Part shown: piece after piece, positions 53,823-63,696 of the stretch
Numbering within the stretch: the stretch's first letter is position 1
Layout: each line of letters begins with the position of its first letter
Source: Acinetobacter sp.
Lineage (GTDB): Bacteria > Pseudomonadota > Gammaproteobacteria > Pseudomonadales > Moraxellaceae
DNA length: 64,000 nt
Assembly (NCBI RefSeq): GCF_039596015.1
Contig: NZ_JBCNKN010000006.1
Span: 17,471 to 81,470 of the forward strand
Direction: 5' to 3'
Translations under genes and position numbers: made by a program
The notes under the pieces: generated by a model
What the model was told of the DNA's origin: nothing
The model's database searches: none
Seen by the model: the letters and a program-made list of their open reading frames with translations, nothing else

Positions 53823-54740
53823 TCAATTTATATTTTCTTTAAACATCCTACGCCTCGAAAACCAATTCATCAACACGATGCTGCCAATAATCAATATCCC
53901 ACCCAATAAAACCACCCATGATGGTCTTTCACTTAGAAACAAAACTGCCAGACTCATCGCGACCATCGGCGAACAATATAAAAAATTTGACGCAATCGTT
54001 AACGGCATATTTTTAAGTACATTGCCCCACAGCACATACGCCAAAGCACTTGGAAAAATCCCCAACAAAAAGACAGACATATTCGCCTGCCAAGTAGCAT
54101 GTAAAATGTCATCAGACAAATGGGCATTGTAGAACAATAAAGGAATGCTACCGAACCAAATGACATAACACATCATGCTCAAAGCATCATAATTTAAGTT
54201 AAATTTTTGATATAAATTAAAATAAATCGCCCAAGCAATAGCCGCCAGAACAATCAAAAGGCTATAGGCACTCGGCATCCCCAAACCGTGATCTCCACTC
54301 ACCACCAGAACCGCACCGCAAAGCCCCAATAAAATACACATCCATTGTTGAGCTAAAATTCGTTGCTTAAAAAACAAAGCTGAAAGAAGCAAAGTAAATA
54401 GCGGAATGGACTGGCTTAAAATACTCGATGCAACCGCACTAACATGCTGTTGTCCTATATTTAAAAACAAATGATGTAAAGTCACGGAAAATAAACCCAA
54501 CACACAAAGTGCAGGAATATCTTTTCGTTTTAGCGGCTGAATTCCTTTTTTCATGACCAAAAGCAGCAAGAAAACCGATGCAATTAAAAAGCGCAGCAAG
54601 GCAATATGCTGTGGTGTATATGAATGTAATGCGCTATGTATGCCAATCGGTGAGTAGCCCCAGCACAATACAGTCATTGCAATATAAACATAAAGTTTGG
54701 TCGGTTGTGGCTGTACTTGAACAGCAGATATTGTGGTCAT
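53823..54740 (-). CDS. DMT-superfamily (EamA) transporter
   Basis: 305 aa, 10 predicted TM helices arranged as two EamA-like halves. Confidence 0.85.
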   Translation of the reverse strand: MTTISAVQVQPQPTKLYVYIAMTVLCWGYSPIGIHSALHSYTPQHIALLRFLIASVFLLLLVMKKGIQPLKRKDIPALCVLGLFSVTLHHLFLNIGQQHVSAVASSILSQSIPLFTLLLSALFFKQRILAQQWMCILLGLCGAVLVVSGDHGLGMPSAYSLLIVLAAIAWAIYFNLYQKFNLNYDALSMMCYVIWFGSIPLLFYNAHLSDDILHATWQANMSVFLLGIFPSALAYVLWGNVLKNMPLTIASNFLYCSPMVAMSLAVLFLSERPSWVVLLGGILIIGSIVLMNWFSRRRMFKENIN

Positions 54741-54835
54741 CAGGTTCTACATCGTATTCAATTCCCTTTCAGAATAATCGGCTAGAACAATGAAAAAAAT
54801 TAACTTATATTGATCTAATAATTCTGTTTGAGTGA

Positions 54836-55717
54836 ATGATGATGGAGATTCATCAACTGAGAATGTTTCAAAGCATTGTTGAATGCGGCAGTATGGTGCA
54901 GGCAGCGCAACAGTTACATTGTGTACCATCAAATGTCACAACGCGAATTAAACAACTCGAACAGGAACTTGGAACCGAGCTATTTCATCGTGAAGGGAAA
55001 CGCCTGCAACTCACCGCATCGGGGGAAATTTTTTTAGGCTATTGCCATAAAATTTTAGCACTCTGCGATGAAGCAAAACAAAGTGTTCACCCCGATGCAC
55101 CGCCTTCTGGGCCGTTAAAAATCGGGGCGATTGAATCTTCCGCAACCACTCGTCTACCGCATTTACTGGCAAAATTTCATCAGCTTTACCCAGATGTTTC
55201 GGTTCAGATTATTACAGGTACATGGAAACAACTGTTACTTGATGTCAGTCAACATAAACTCGATGGTGCTATTGTGGCGGGAAATATCGAATTTCCTCTT
55301 CTCAATAAACTCAATATTTATCAAGAGGACATGGTACTGATTGCTCCGCCTTCTTTTGACGAAATTCGGTGTCAGGAAGATCTGATTGGCAAAGAAATTT
55401 TTATGTGGACTGAAGGCTGTCCTTATCGTGCAGCACTTGAAGCATGGTTAAAACTCAAGAATATCTCGCTGCCAATCACCAGCATTACCAGTTATACCAC
55501 CATTATTGGTTGCGTCAGTGCAGGCTCTGGGGTGTCTTTAGTGCCCAAAAGTATTTATGAACAATATAGACATTATGCTCATTTTAAAGGTTATGCATTT
55601 AAGCAATTGAGTTCTATGCAAAATATCTTTTTCTGGCATCAAAATATTCATCATCACAAAGCAAGGGATGCTTTTTTAAACCTGATTCAATCTGAATTTG
55701 CTCCATCTCTTGCATAG
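54836..55717 (+). CDS. LysR-family transcriptional regulator
   Basis: HTH MVQAAQQLHCVPSNVTTRIKQLE. Three consecutive ATGs at 54836-54844 leave the exact start ambiguous. Divergent from the DMT gene. Confidence 0.85.
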   Translation: MMMEIHQLRMFQSIVECGSMVQAAQQLHCVPSNVTTRIKQLEQELGTELFHREGKRLQLTASGEIFLGYCHKILALCDEAKQSVHPDAPPSGPLKIGAIESSATTRLPHLLAKFHQLYPDVSVQIITGTWKQLLLDVSQHKLDGAIVAGNIEFPLLNKLNIYQEDMVLIAPPSFDEIRCQEDLIGKEIFMWTEGCPYRAALEAWLKLKNISLPITSITSYTTIIGCVSAGSGVSLVPKSIYEQYRHYAHFKGYAFKQLSSMQNIFFWHQNIHHHKARDAFLNLIQSEFAPSLA

Positions 55718-55839
55718 AAATGTGATCAGATGATTTTGATCGTTGCGAAATCGTATTAATTTCTTCTTTTTTATGCCTGAGTGTTATGGAAGGCTCTACA
55801 ATAAAACCATGTTTTATCGTTAGGGATTTTGGCAAACAT

Positions 55840-56247
55840 ATGAAGATTTGGCCTTTGATGCTGATTACAACCATCACACTTTCAAACACAGCGTTGTTTG
55901 CAAAAGTCGTAGATCAACAAGGTGTCCGCACCATTCAGTCCGAAGAAAAAACCCAGCTTCCAGATAACCCAAGTTTAGGGCGTGTTTTACTCTATAGAAC
56001 AGGGAAAACCATTGAACGGATTGGCAATGCAACCCAACGTGGGGCCAATAAAGCATCGAATAAAATTTCGCAAAAATGGAACAATACCCAGCAGTACCGA
56101 ACCGAAGCTGGTCAATCGATTCAACAAAAAACTACCGAAATTAAAGATGTGACTTCTGAAAAATGGCAAGAAACCAAAGAGGTCGTCACGGGTCAGCGTC
56201 CTGCGGGAACACAAGTCCCTATTGAACAAGGTAGTCTAAGCCAATAA
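55840..56247 (+). CDS. Hypothetical secreted protein
   Basis: Signal peptide MKIWPLMLITTITLSNTALFA followed by a hydrophilic Q/K/T-rich sequence. Confidence 0.5.
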   Translation: MKIWPLMLITTITLSNTALFAKVVDQQGVRTIQSEEKTQLPDNPSLGRVLLYRTGKTIERIGNATQRGANKASNKISQKWNNTQQYRTEAGQSIQQKTTEIKDVTSEKWQETKEVVTGQRPAGTQVPIEQGSLSQ

Positions 56248-56275
56248 ACAGACCTAGACACCAGACAACCTGTGA

Positions 56276-57235
56276 CTAAGCCACTTGGCGAATAGGCTGC
56301 CCTGAAAGAAAAGCCGCAGCATTTTCGGCAAGTTGTTGCACAATGCGCTGACGTGCCTGTGAACTGCCCCATGCTGAATGTGGAGTGATAATGAGGTTTG
56401 GTAGGTTCTGGTCGAGTAAAATATTGCCTTGTTTGGGCGGTTCGACTGTAAGAACATCGGTTGCTGCACCTGCAATTTTACCCTGTTGTAGCGCCTCTGC
56501 CAGTGCCTGTTCATTCACAACGCCGCCTCGTGCCGTATTAATTAAAAATGCACTAGATTTCATACGTGCCAATTCAGCTTCCCCAATTAAGTTTCGGGTG
56601 TGTTCTGTCAGTGGACAATGTAGCGTTAAAATATCGACTTGGGGCAGTAAAACATCCAATGCGAGACGTTCTGCATGTACTGGGCGATGAGGTAAATTGC
56701 CTACCACTACCTTCATACCTAAAGCTGTTGCCAAACGCGCAACTCCTTTGCCTAATTCGCCATAACCTAAAATACCTAATGTCTTGCCTGACAATTCAAC
56801 AATTGGATAATCGAGAAAACAAAACTGTTCTGACGTTTGCCAACGCCCCTGCTGTACAGCGTTATGATAACGAATTAAATTGGTCGCCAAAGCAAACATC
56901 AGTGCAATGGCATGTTGTGCCACCGAGGTTGTACCGTAGCCCTGACAGTTACTCACCACAATTCCCTTTGCCTGTGCTGTAGCAAGATTGACATTATTCA
57001 CCCCCGTCGCTGAAACCAAAATCAATTTAAGCTTTGGCAATTGGGCAAGGATTTCGGCAGTTAAATAGACTTTATTGACAATCGCAATATCTGCATCAAT
57101 GAGACGTTCCACAACCTGTTCAGGTGCTGTCGCAGCATAAAGTTCCAGTTCAGGCAAAACTGACTTTAATGGGCTAAAATCTAAATCGTGTTGATCTAAA
57201 GCGGAATAATCCAGAAATACAGCTTTGAGTGTCAT
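56276..57235 (-). CDS. D-isomer-specific 2-hydroxyacid dehydrogenase (glycerate dehydrogenase-like)
   Basis: NAD-binding GILGYGELGKGVA, RGG and the catalytic His region (TPHSAW). The ATG at 57235 is preceded by AAGGAGAA. The longer ORF-track start would read through the upstream terminator. Confidence 0.85.
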   Translation of the reverse strand: MTLKAVFLDYSALDQHDLDFSPLKSVLPELELYAATAPEQVVERLIDADIAIVNKVYLTAEILAQLPKLKLILVSATGVNNVNLATAQAKGIVVSNCQGYGTTSVAQHAIALMFALATNLIRYHNAVQQGRWQTSEQFCFLDYPIVELSGKTLGILGYGELGKGVARLATALGMKVVVGNLPHRPVHAERLALDVLLPQVDILTLHCPLTEHTRNLIGEAELARMKSSAFLINTARGGVVNEQALAEALQQGKIAGAATDVLTVEPPKQGNILLDQNLPNLIITPHSAWGSSQARQRIVQQLAENAAAFLSGQPIRQVA

Positions 57236-57302
57236 GTGCCTTCTCCTTGATGATGAATCTGTCAGCCCATTCACCATACACGCTTTTTTCGACACATTTA
57301 AA

Positions 57303-57337
57303 GAAAAAAAGCAGAAGGTGTTGAATCTTCTGCTTTT
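57303..57337 (-). terminator. Terminator of the 57352-58617 gene
   Basis: On the minus strand, GCAGAAG-(9 nt)-CTTCTGC followed by T7. Confidence 0.8.
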
Positions 57338-57351
57338 CGTCTGTTTATCCA

Positions 57352-58617
57352 TTAGACAAGTTTGAACTTTTCTTCGTCTTGCACAGGTGGATCAACGAAA
57401 TAACACATGCCCAAGTCATCACTGCGTAAGTTTTGTTGTTTATAACTCAACACATAAAATTCGGGATATTTTTTCAGCACAATTGGACTCATATCTGACG
57501 ATAAAGCATCATCTTCTTTCACCAGTTTCATCACATTGCGGTCATTCATCGCCACAAGATAGCGTTCGCCATTGAGTTCAATTTTGACAATACAGGTGGC
57601 TTTAGTCATCAATGGAATCAGATATTTATGATTCAGTTGAATCGCATCGAGTGGGTAACTTTCAATTTTATTGCTAATGATGTTGAATACCAGAAAATGC
57701 CCATAATGATCTTGCAATTGACTACGGGTATTTTCTACTGGTAAGTTGACCTTAATCCCCAGTTTTTGCAAATCCTGCTCAGTGACTTGGCGTTTACTGA
57801 GCATAATCCGCGTGATCATTTGCTTTAAACTGGCGTCAAAATATTGATCGTCCAGTTGCATGTGATTGCTGCGCAAAATACGCCCCAATGCAGCACTATG
57901 TCGTGTCAACAAGTTACGAACCACTGTGCGGTAATAAAACTTGCTGTTCTTTTTCACGCGGCGCATTTCTTGGTAAAAATAGTTTTTATCCCAAGGGTGG
58001 CGAATAAAGTCGTTTAATAAACTCGAACTTGCCAAAACAGACAGCGCGTCATGTCCTGTAAATGGCAAATGCAGTGTATACACACTTGCCAACTGTTGTT
58101 TAATTTTTAAATAATGCTCACGGTCTTCGGCATAGTACGGATCGTAAACAATAATGTATTCACTTTCTGGTGAAACATCCTCAGGACAAATCTGCATGTC
58201 ACGATGTAATGCCACATCAAAAAATTCGGCATAACGGCGGTCATCCACCTGTTGAGGATCGATGCTGTATTGAGGAACGAAAGCGATAATCCTGTTCATC
58301 TTTAGCAGTTTCGAATACTTGATTGCCGCATAACCGCCCATAGAACCGCCATAGCCAATCACTGTATCGAACTGGTCTAAAATAGGCTGCACATGTTGCA
58401 TCATGTTTTGCATACTACTGACTGGAAACCATGACTTTTGCTTTGGCATAATACCAATAACATTGTAGTCATATTTCGCTAATGATTTCTCGGCATTAAT
58501 GCTCAACCCTTTGGCACGGGTAATGAGATCGCCAAACGAAAAAATCAATTCTTTCGAATTTCCTTTCAGAAAAATAACTCTGATTTGTTCGTCTTCAAAA
58601 ATAATTTGTTTATCCAT
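57352..58617 (-). CDS. Hypothetical protein: alpha/beta-hydrolase-like N-terminal half fused to an uncharacterised C-terminal half
   Basis: 421 aa with no signal peptide. Nucleophile-elbow-like GYGGSMGGY (Ser91), candidate acid VYDP and His in FTGHDA. About 200 C-terminal residues have no motif I recognise. Confidence 0.6.
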   Translation of the reverse strand: MDKQIIFEDEQIRVIFLKGNSKELIFSFGDLITRAKGLSINAEKSLAKYDYNVIGIMPKQKSWFPVSSMQNMMQHVQPILDQFDTVIGYGGSMGGYAAIKYSKLLKMNRIIAFVPQYSIDPQQVDDRRYAEFFDVALHRDMQICPEDVSPESEYIIVYDPYYAEDREHYLKIKQQLASVYTLHLPFTGHDALSVLASSSLLNDFIRHPWDKNYFYQEMRRVKKNSKFYYRTVVRNLLTRHSAALGRILRSNHMQLDDQYFDASLKQMITRIMLSKRQVTEQDLQKLGIKVNLPVENTRSQLQDHYGHFLVFNIISNKIESYPLDAIQLNHKYLIPLMTKATCIVKIELNGERYLVAMNDRNVMKLVKEDDALSSDMSPIVLKKYPEFYVLSYKQQNLRSDDLGMCYFVDPPVQDEEKFKLV

Positions 58618-59031
58618 TACCGTACCGAAACATCAAGATGGGTGAACTTGCGAGTAACAACTCACATTAAACTGAAAATTTGCAAAACGCTCTATTTTAT
58701 AAAGCCTGTTCAGATTAAACAGGGCAAAAGATGACACATTTGTATGATCTTATTTAAGATCGCTATTGTTCATTAAAGTGATGCCTAAGTCTATGCTTCG
58801 TCCCCACTATTTCTAACGACAGAACATTCTTTTTTTTATTTTTGATATGCCTTTTTATGTCTGAAAATCTCAATCAAAAGCCGTCGTTACAACATCTGAG
58901 CAAGTCCGACAATGCCAAAGATGACCTTAATAGATCACGATAAATGTATTTTAGCTCAAAATCTTAATCAAATTGTCACATTGCTTGGATTGAATGTTAG
59001 CATTAATTTTGTCCGTATTAGGATTTGGGGT

Positions 59032-59715
59032 ATGTATTATATAAAAACAGCAAGTGGTACTGATGCCTTACAACAACGTGATAGGCAATTGTCTGCCAAA
59101 CAGCGTCAACTTCTTTTTCTGATCGGAACCACAGATTTTGAAAAGCTGCCACTTTCGCAGCAACAACGCCTATCGACACCTGAACTGGTTCAGAGTTTAA
59201 TGGACCTCGGCTTTATAACAACACTCAATACCCAAACAACGCCCATTACACCAGAACCAAAGGCAATGCCGACCACAGAAAAGGCACTGTTTTCAAACAG
59301 CACATTAACGACTTCTGTACCCAATGAATCTGCACCCATTGAATCAAAAACAAATACAACAGCGTTCATGGAGCAACAACCAAATCAGCCCTCCGTTGAA
59401 CAAAGTACAACACCATCTCCATCGATTAAATCTGAACCTGCCGTGTTTGATCAACCCAACACTGAACTTTTAAAATTAACCTTGTCAGATATGCAAGAGA
59501 TGATGGTGGATACTTTACAGCGCCACGGAGGCTTGCTTGCCAAAAATCTGGTTCAACAAATTAAACAGTGCGCTACCGTGCATGAACTGAAAAAATGTCA
59601 AATGGCATGGGTCACGCTGCTTCAGGAAACACGATTACCTGCACAGCAACTCCAGCAACACATGAAGCAATTACAATTATTTTATCAACATCATACACAG
59701 TTGAATCCAAGTTAA
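59032..59715 (+). CDS. Hypothetical protein with a T/P/Q/S-rich central linker
   Basis: ORF. The ATG at 59032 (MYYIKTASGTDALQQRDRQLSAKQRQLLFLIG) is chosen over the 58912 start. No known motif. Confidence 0.45.
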   Translation: MYYIKTASGTDALQQRDRQLSAKQRQLLFLIGTTDFEKLPLSQQQRLSTPELVQSLMDLGFITTLNTQTTPITPEPKAMPTTEKALFSNSTLTTSVPNESAPIESKTNTTAFMEQQPNQPSVEQSTTPSPSIKSEPAVFDQPNTELLKLTLSDMQEMMVDTLQRHGGLLAKNLVQQIKQCATVHELKKCQMAWVTLLQETRLPAQQLQQHMKQLQLFYQHHTQLNPS

Positions 59716-59761
59716 AACTCACTTAGAGTAAAGCGATATTCATCAAATTTTGAGTGACATC

Positions 59762-60040
59762 ATGCGGTCATCTTGGGGTACATTTGCCATGCTGTTGTGC
59801 TGTGGTCTACCATTAACTGCATGTATTATTGTCCCTGAAAGCACTCGTCAGGTCGAATCTACAACACGGGTCTATGTCAATGACCGTGCACGTGATACAC
59901 AGGTAGAAATCAGCCGTCCGCAAGTCATTATTGTACAACCCCAATTCTACCCTTACCCAATGCCACGACCACCACGCTCAAATTGCCATATACAGTCCAA
60001 TGGGTTATCTATGCCTCCTTTTCCTGTAGTTTGTGACTAA
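59762..60040 (+). CDS. Small putative lipoprotein
   Basis: Signal sequence with lipobox LTAC (MRSSWGTFAMLLCCGLPLTAC). Confidence 0.5.
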   Translation: MRSSWGTFAMLLCCGLPLTACIIVPESTRQVESTTRVYVNDRARDTQVEISRPQVIIVQPQFYPYPMPRPPRSNCHIQSNGLSMPPFPVVCD

Positions 60041-60268
60041 AAGTGCTTGCATCGGTGATTTGTACAGTCAGCTAAAATAACGTAAACAATGCTGAACATG
60101 ACCACATCTGTTTTTTAAAAAAATTTTGAGATTAAAGCTATCAATACGGCAAAAAAATGCTTTTCACCAAAGCTGATTTAAAAAATTTGTATAAAAAATG
60201 CGACTTCTGTGCCTTCGCTTTCAACATTCTTTTAAAATGAAAACAATAACTTCAAGGAATGATTCACC

Positions 60269-61039
60269 ATGCCAGACTTACATCCAACCGCGGCAAAGGG
60301 TTTTGGTACTGCCGCGGAACTTTATCAACAAACCCGCCCAAGTTATCCACAGGAGATCATTTCTTGGCTTAGAAATGATCTAAATTTAGGCACTCACGCC
60401 AAAGTCGTTGACCTTGCCGCAGGAACAGGAAAGTTTACAAGCTATATCAAACAGGTCACATCAGACATTATTGCCATCGAACCCGTTGAACAAATGCGGC
60501 AACAATTTTTGGCGATTCACCCAGACATTGCCATTCAAACTGCCTATAGCCATCAACTTCCGCTTGAAACAGCAAGCTACGATGCAGTGCTGTGCGCACA
60601 GGCTTTTCACTGGTTTTCAAATGCTGAAACCTTACAAGAAGTTCATCGTGTTCTTAAACTAGAAGGACATTTTGGTCTCATCTGGAATCAACGTGATACA
60701 TCAACAGATTGGGTACAGGCAATTGCGGAACTGATTGCTCCTTTTGAAAAGGATACACCGCGTTACCATAGCGGACAGTGGAAGCATGCCTTTCAACAGC
60801 AAAACTGGTTTAAGCTCGACAGCGAACATCACTTTATCCATCCCCATATCGGCACAGTTGAACAGGTGGTGAGTAAACGTATTTTGTCCAGTAGCTTTAT
60901 TGCAGCATTACCAACCGAACAGCAGCAACAGCTCAAACTTCAAATCGAAGACATCGTATTCCATGCTGTCGGCAAACAACCACAAGATGAAATCGCATTC
61001 CCTTATGTTACTTATGCATATGATTTTGTTCGTTTATAA
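60269..61039 (+). CDS. Class I SAM-dependent methyltransferase
   Basis: VVDLAAGTGKF (motif I), followed by the YDAVLCAQAFHWF post-I/II region. Confidence 0.85.
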   Translation: MPDLHPTAAKGFGTAAELYQQTRPSYPQEIISWLRNDLNLGTHAKVVDLAAGTGKFTSYIKQVTSDIIAIEPVEQMRQQFLAIHPDIAIQTAYSHQLPLETASYDAVLCAQAFHWFSNAETLQEVHRVLKLEGHFGLIWNQRDTSTDWVQAIAELIAPFEKDTPRYHSGQWKHAFQQQNWFKLDSEHHFIHPHIGTVEQVVSKRILSSSFIAALPTEQQQQLKLQIEDIVFHAVGKQPQDEIAFPYVTYAYDFVRL

Positions 61040-61071
61040 ATTTTAAAATTAGCCCCAGAGAAAATTACCCC

Positions 61072-61584
61072 ATGCGTTACCCTTTTATTGTTTGCACACT
61101 GCTGAGTAGTTTACTTCTTGTGACGGGCTGTCAGAAAAAGACCAGCCCAGAACCCCACCAGACTGCATCTGAACCGTTATCCACTCGTCCAAGCAGCGTG
61201 CAAGTCTTTGCAGCAACACCGCAGGATGCTGAAGATATTGCCCAATTTGAAAAGTTTAACCAAGACTTTCACAATATGTCTCAGGAAATGCGTGATGAAC
61301 TACAACAGTTAAAGCAGCAAGGTCAGTTAACTCCTGAATTTCTTGCACAACGCAGACATGACCGTATTTTGTCTGCATTAAACATGCTAAAAGACATGGA
61401 GTTAAAAACGCAACAAGGACACTATATTCAAGGGCTAATGTATAGTTATTGGGAAGAAAGACTTAAACAATCAACGAATTCAACAAATGCCGCAACATCT
61501 GAGCCACAGCCAACAACAGCACATCTCATGACGCAAGCGGAACAACAGCTCGACTACTGGAAAAGCCAGCAGCCTCAACCTTAA
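61072..61584 (+). CDS. Hypothetical lipoprotein
   Basis: Lipobox LVTGC after a signal sequence. Helical Q/E-rich body. Confidence 0.6.
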   Translation: MRYPFIVCTLLSSLLLVTGCQKKTSPEPHQTASEPLSTRPSSVQVFAATPQDAEDIAQFEKFNQDFHNMSQEMRDELQQLKQQGQLTPEFLAQRRHDRILSALNMLKDMELKTQQGHYIQGLMYSYWEERLKQSTNSTNAATSEPQPTTAHLMTQAEQQLDYWKSQQPQP

Positions 61585-61603
61585 AATTTTATCGTCATCA
61601 AAA

Positions 61604-61634
61604 AAATACCCATGAAAATAATTCATGGGTATTT
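61604..61634. terminator. Bidirectional terminator between convergent genes
   Basis: 13-bp stem AAATACCCATGAA / TTCATGGGTATTT with loop AATAA, flanked by an A-run and T residues. Confidence 0.8.
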
Positions 61635-61639
61635 GTGCA

Positions 61640-62212
61640 TTATAAATCAGCGCTACCAACCAATTGAATCGAGTCGACCCTGAACAACTTACATGCGCCA
61701 TCGCCAATGTTATAGTCATTCAAAGCAGACCGCCAAACGAGGTTTTTATCTTTTACCTCAACCAAATCACCTTTAAGACGAACCAAATCGCCACGTTTCA
61801 CTTGTTTGATCTGCTGAGCAATCTGCGGATTGGCGGGAATAATGTGCATATTCGACACCATATCAATCGCTTCTCGTGGCGACACAGGTATGGTTTTCAT
61901 TTTCCAGTTTAAGAACCGATCATACTGACGAACATCAATTTGACGGGCAATACTTGGGTTGGCAAACATTCCCCAACTAACAGCATAATCTATCGGAGAA
62001 AATTTGGCCTGTTCATCATTGGTATAGATTTTTGAACCTAAAATCCGAAATTCGCCCTGATAAGGTTTCAGTACAGAAATCGATTGCCCCTTCACTTCTG
62101 GCGCGAATCCATTGGCAATATTATATTCGGCTGAGCTGTTGTTTGAAGCAAAGGTTGCCACCGCGAATAGACTCAATACAACGCCACAGACAATACGACG
62201 AGCCTTATGCAT
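61640..62212 (-). CDS. Hypothetical secreted protein
   Basis: Signal peptide MHKARRIVCGVVLSLFAVATFA. 190-aa ORF with no known motif. Confidence 0.55.
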   Translation of the reverse strand: MHKARRIVCGVVLSLFAVATFASNNSSAEYNIANGFAPEVKGQSISVLKPYQGEFRILGSKIYTNDEQAKFSPIDYAVSWGMFANPSIARQIDVRQYDRFLNWKMKTIPVSPREAIDMVSNMHIIPANPQIAQQIKQVKRGDLVRLKGDLVEVKDKNLVWRSALNDYNIGDGACKLFRVDSIQLVGSADL

Positions 62213-62318
62213 TTTTTACAATCTCACTTCAATTCTTACCTTTAAATTTTAGAATTTTTCTGACAGAAAAGATTCAATGAAGCGTAACAACGCCCACAGG
62301 AACTGTTATATTTTTGTA

Positions 62319-62795
62319 CTATTCCGATGCTTCATCCCAGTTGATGCGAATCGTTTCAAAACGTACCCGCCCCTGCTGAATCGCTTGGGCAATGGCTTGT
62401 TGGCCTTTAGTTAAACGTGCTTGTCCACTTTTAATATCAATAAGAACAATCTCTAAATCCTGTGCTTTTCCTGAACCATCACGAAATTCGCTGTAGCCGT
62501 TAAAAACCACATAATCGACAGGGTCACCCAAAAACTTGGCATCACTTGGTAAATAATTAAACCCAGGTAAAACAGGGGCAAATTGCTCCGCCATTTTTCC
62601 TTTCAGAACAGCGCGACTGGTATTGACACTACGGCGCTGGGCATCTTGCAATGCTTGCTGCTGTTCCATTTTAAGTTGGGTAATCTGTTGCTCATATTCG
62701 GCCTTAATTTTGCCATTACGCAAATTGGATAATAAAACCGTAGCAATAAAAGCACCAATCATGCCACCAATCAGCATTGCAACCCATATTGACAT
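62319..62795 (-). CDS. Membrane-anchored endonuclease related to archaeal Holliday-junction resolvase (Hjc-like, PD-(D/E)xK)
   Basis: TM helix, then a coiled coil, then GDPVDYVVF ... LIDIKSG, a D...(D/E)xK arrangement as in the Endonuc_Holl/COG4741 family. The start is the ATG at 62795 (MSIWVAMLIGG). Confidence 0.6.
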   Translation of the reverse strand: MSIWVAMLIGGMIGAFIATVLLSNLRNGKIKAEYEQQITQLKMEQQQALQDAQRRSVNTSRAVLKGKMAEQFAPVLPGFNYLPSDAKFLGDPVDYVVFNGYSEFRDGSGKAQDLEIVLIDIKSGQARLTKGQQAIAQAIQQGRVRFETIRINWDEASE

Positions 62796-62916
62796 CTGAA
62801 TTCCTGTCTCTTTTAAATGATGGCATTTAAACAAGCTTAGCCGTTTTTGTCATGTTACAAAACATTTAAAAGTGCTAAAGTAATTGCCATGCTCCTCTTG
62901 TTAAAAAATATTCGCC

Positions 62917-63561
62917 ATGAAAACGATTTTAATTGCAAACCAAAAAGGTGGTTGTGGAAAAACTAATACCGCGATTACTTTAGCAACAGCACTTACAACG
63001 AAAGGATATCGTGTAGCACTTGCAGACGCAGATAATCAAAAATCATCTTTGCAATGGTTAAAACAACGTCCTGAAACAGCAGCCCAAATTCAAAGCCTAG
63101 ACTGGCGTAATGAAAAATCGATTGGTGAAGTCCCTAAAAATATTGAGTATCTAATTATTGATGCGCCGGGTGCATTATCTGGAGAACATGCCGAGCAATT
63201 AATTAGCGAAAGCCATGCCATTATTACCCCATTACAACCTTCTTTTTTTGATATTGACAGTACACGTCGTTTTTTAAAACATTTACAAGATATTAAACGA
63301 ATCCGTAAAGGAAAAGTTGAGATTTTCTTACTAGCAAACCGTGTTAAAGCCAACAGTGCAAGTGCCAAAAATATTCAGGACTTTTTTAATAAAATTGAAC
63401 ACGAACCAACTGCATGGATTTTAGAACGAAGTGCTTATGGACAACTTGCAGCACAGGGTCTTAGTATTTTTGATAAAACCCAGAAAAACTATGTCATGAT
63501 CCAAAAACAATGGCAACCATTACTCAATGCCATTATTAACGATCCGACAGAATGGTTTTAA
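62917..63561 (+). CDS. Small ParA/MinD-family (ParF-like) ATPase, orphan
   Basis: Deviant Walker A NQKGGCGKTNTA and Walker A'/B IIDAPG. 214 aa. No ParB/ParG-like partner ORF is adjacent. Confidence 0.85.
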   Translation: MKTILIANQKGGCGKTNTAITLATALTTKGYRVALADADNQKSSLQWLKQRPETAAQIQSLDWRNEKSIGEVPKNIEYLIIDAPGALSGEHAEQLISESHAIITPLQPSFFDIDSTRRFLKHLQDIKRIRKGKVEIFLLANRVKANSASAKNIQDFFNKIEHEPTAWILERSAYGQLAAQGLSIFDKTQKNYVMIQKQWQPLLNAIINDPTEWF

Positions 63562-63696
63562 TCATTTATCCCAATATAAACATGGTTTAAAATATAAAAA
63601 CCTGAATAAATGTGAAGACTTGTACATTCGTTTGCCTTCACATTTTTTTCAGTTAAGATGAATCGGAGAATTATACTTTTAGATTTGAGGACGGAC

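Noticed and set aside
58857-58943. 28-codon ORF (MSENLNQKPSLQHLSKSDNAKDDLNRSR) in the 414-bp spacer upstream of 59032
   Set aside because: No convincing SD and no supporting structure or coupling. It is indistinguishable from chance at this length.
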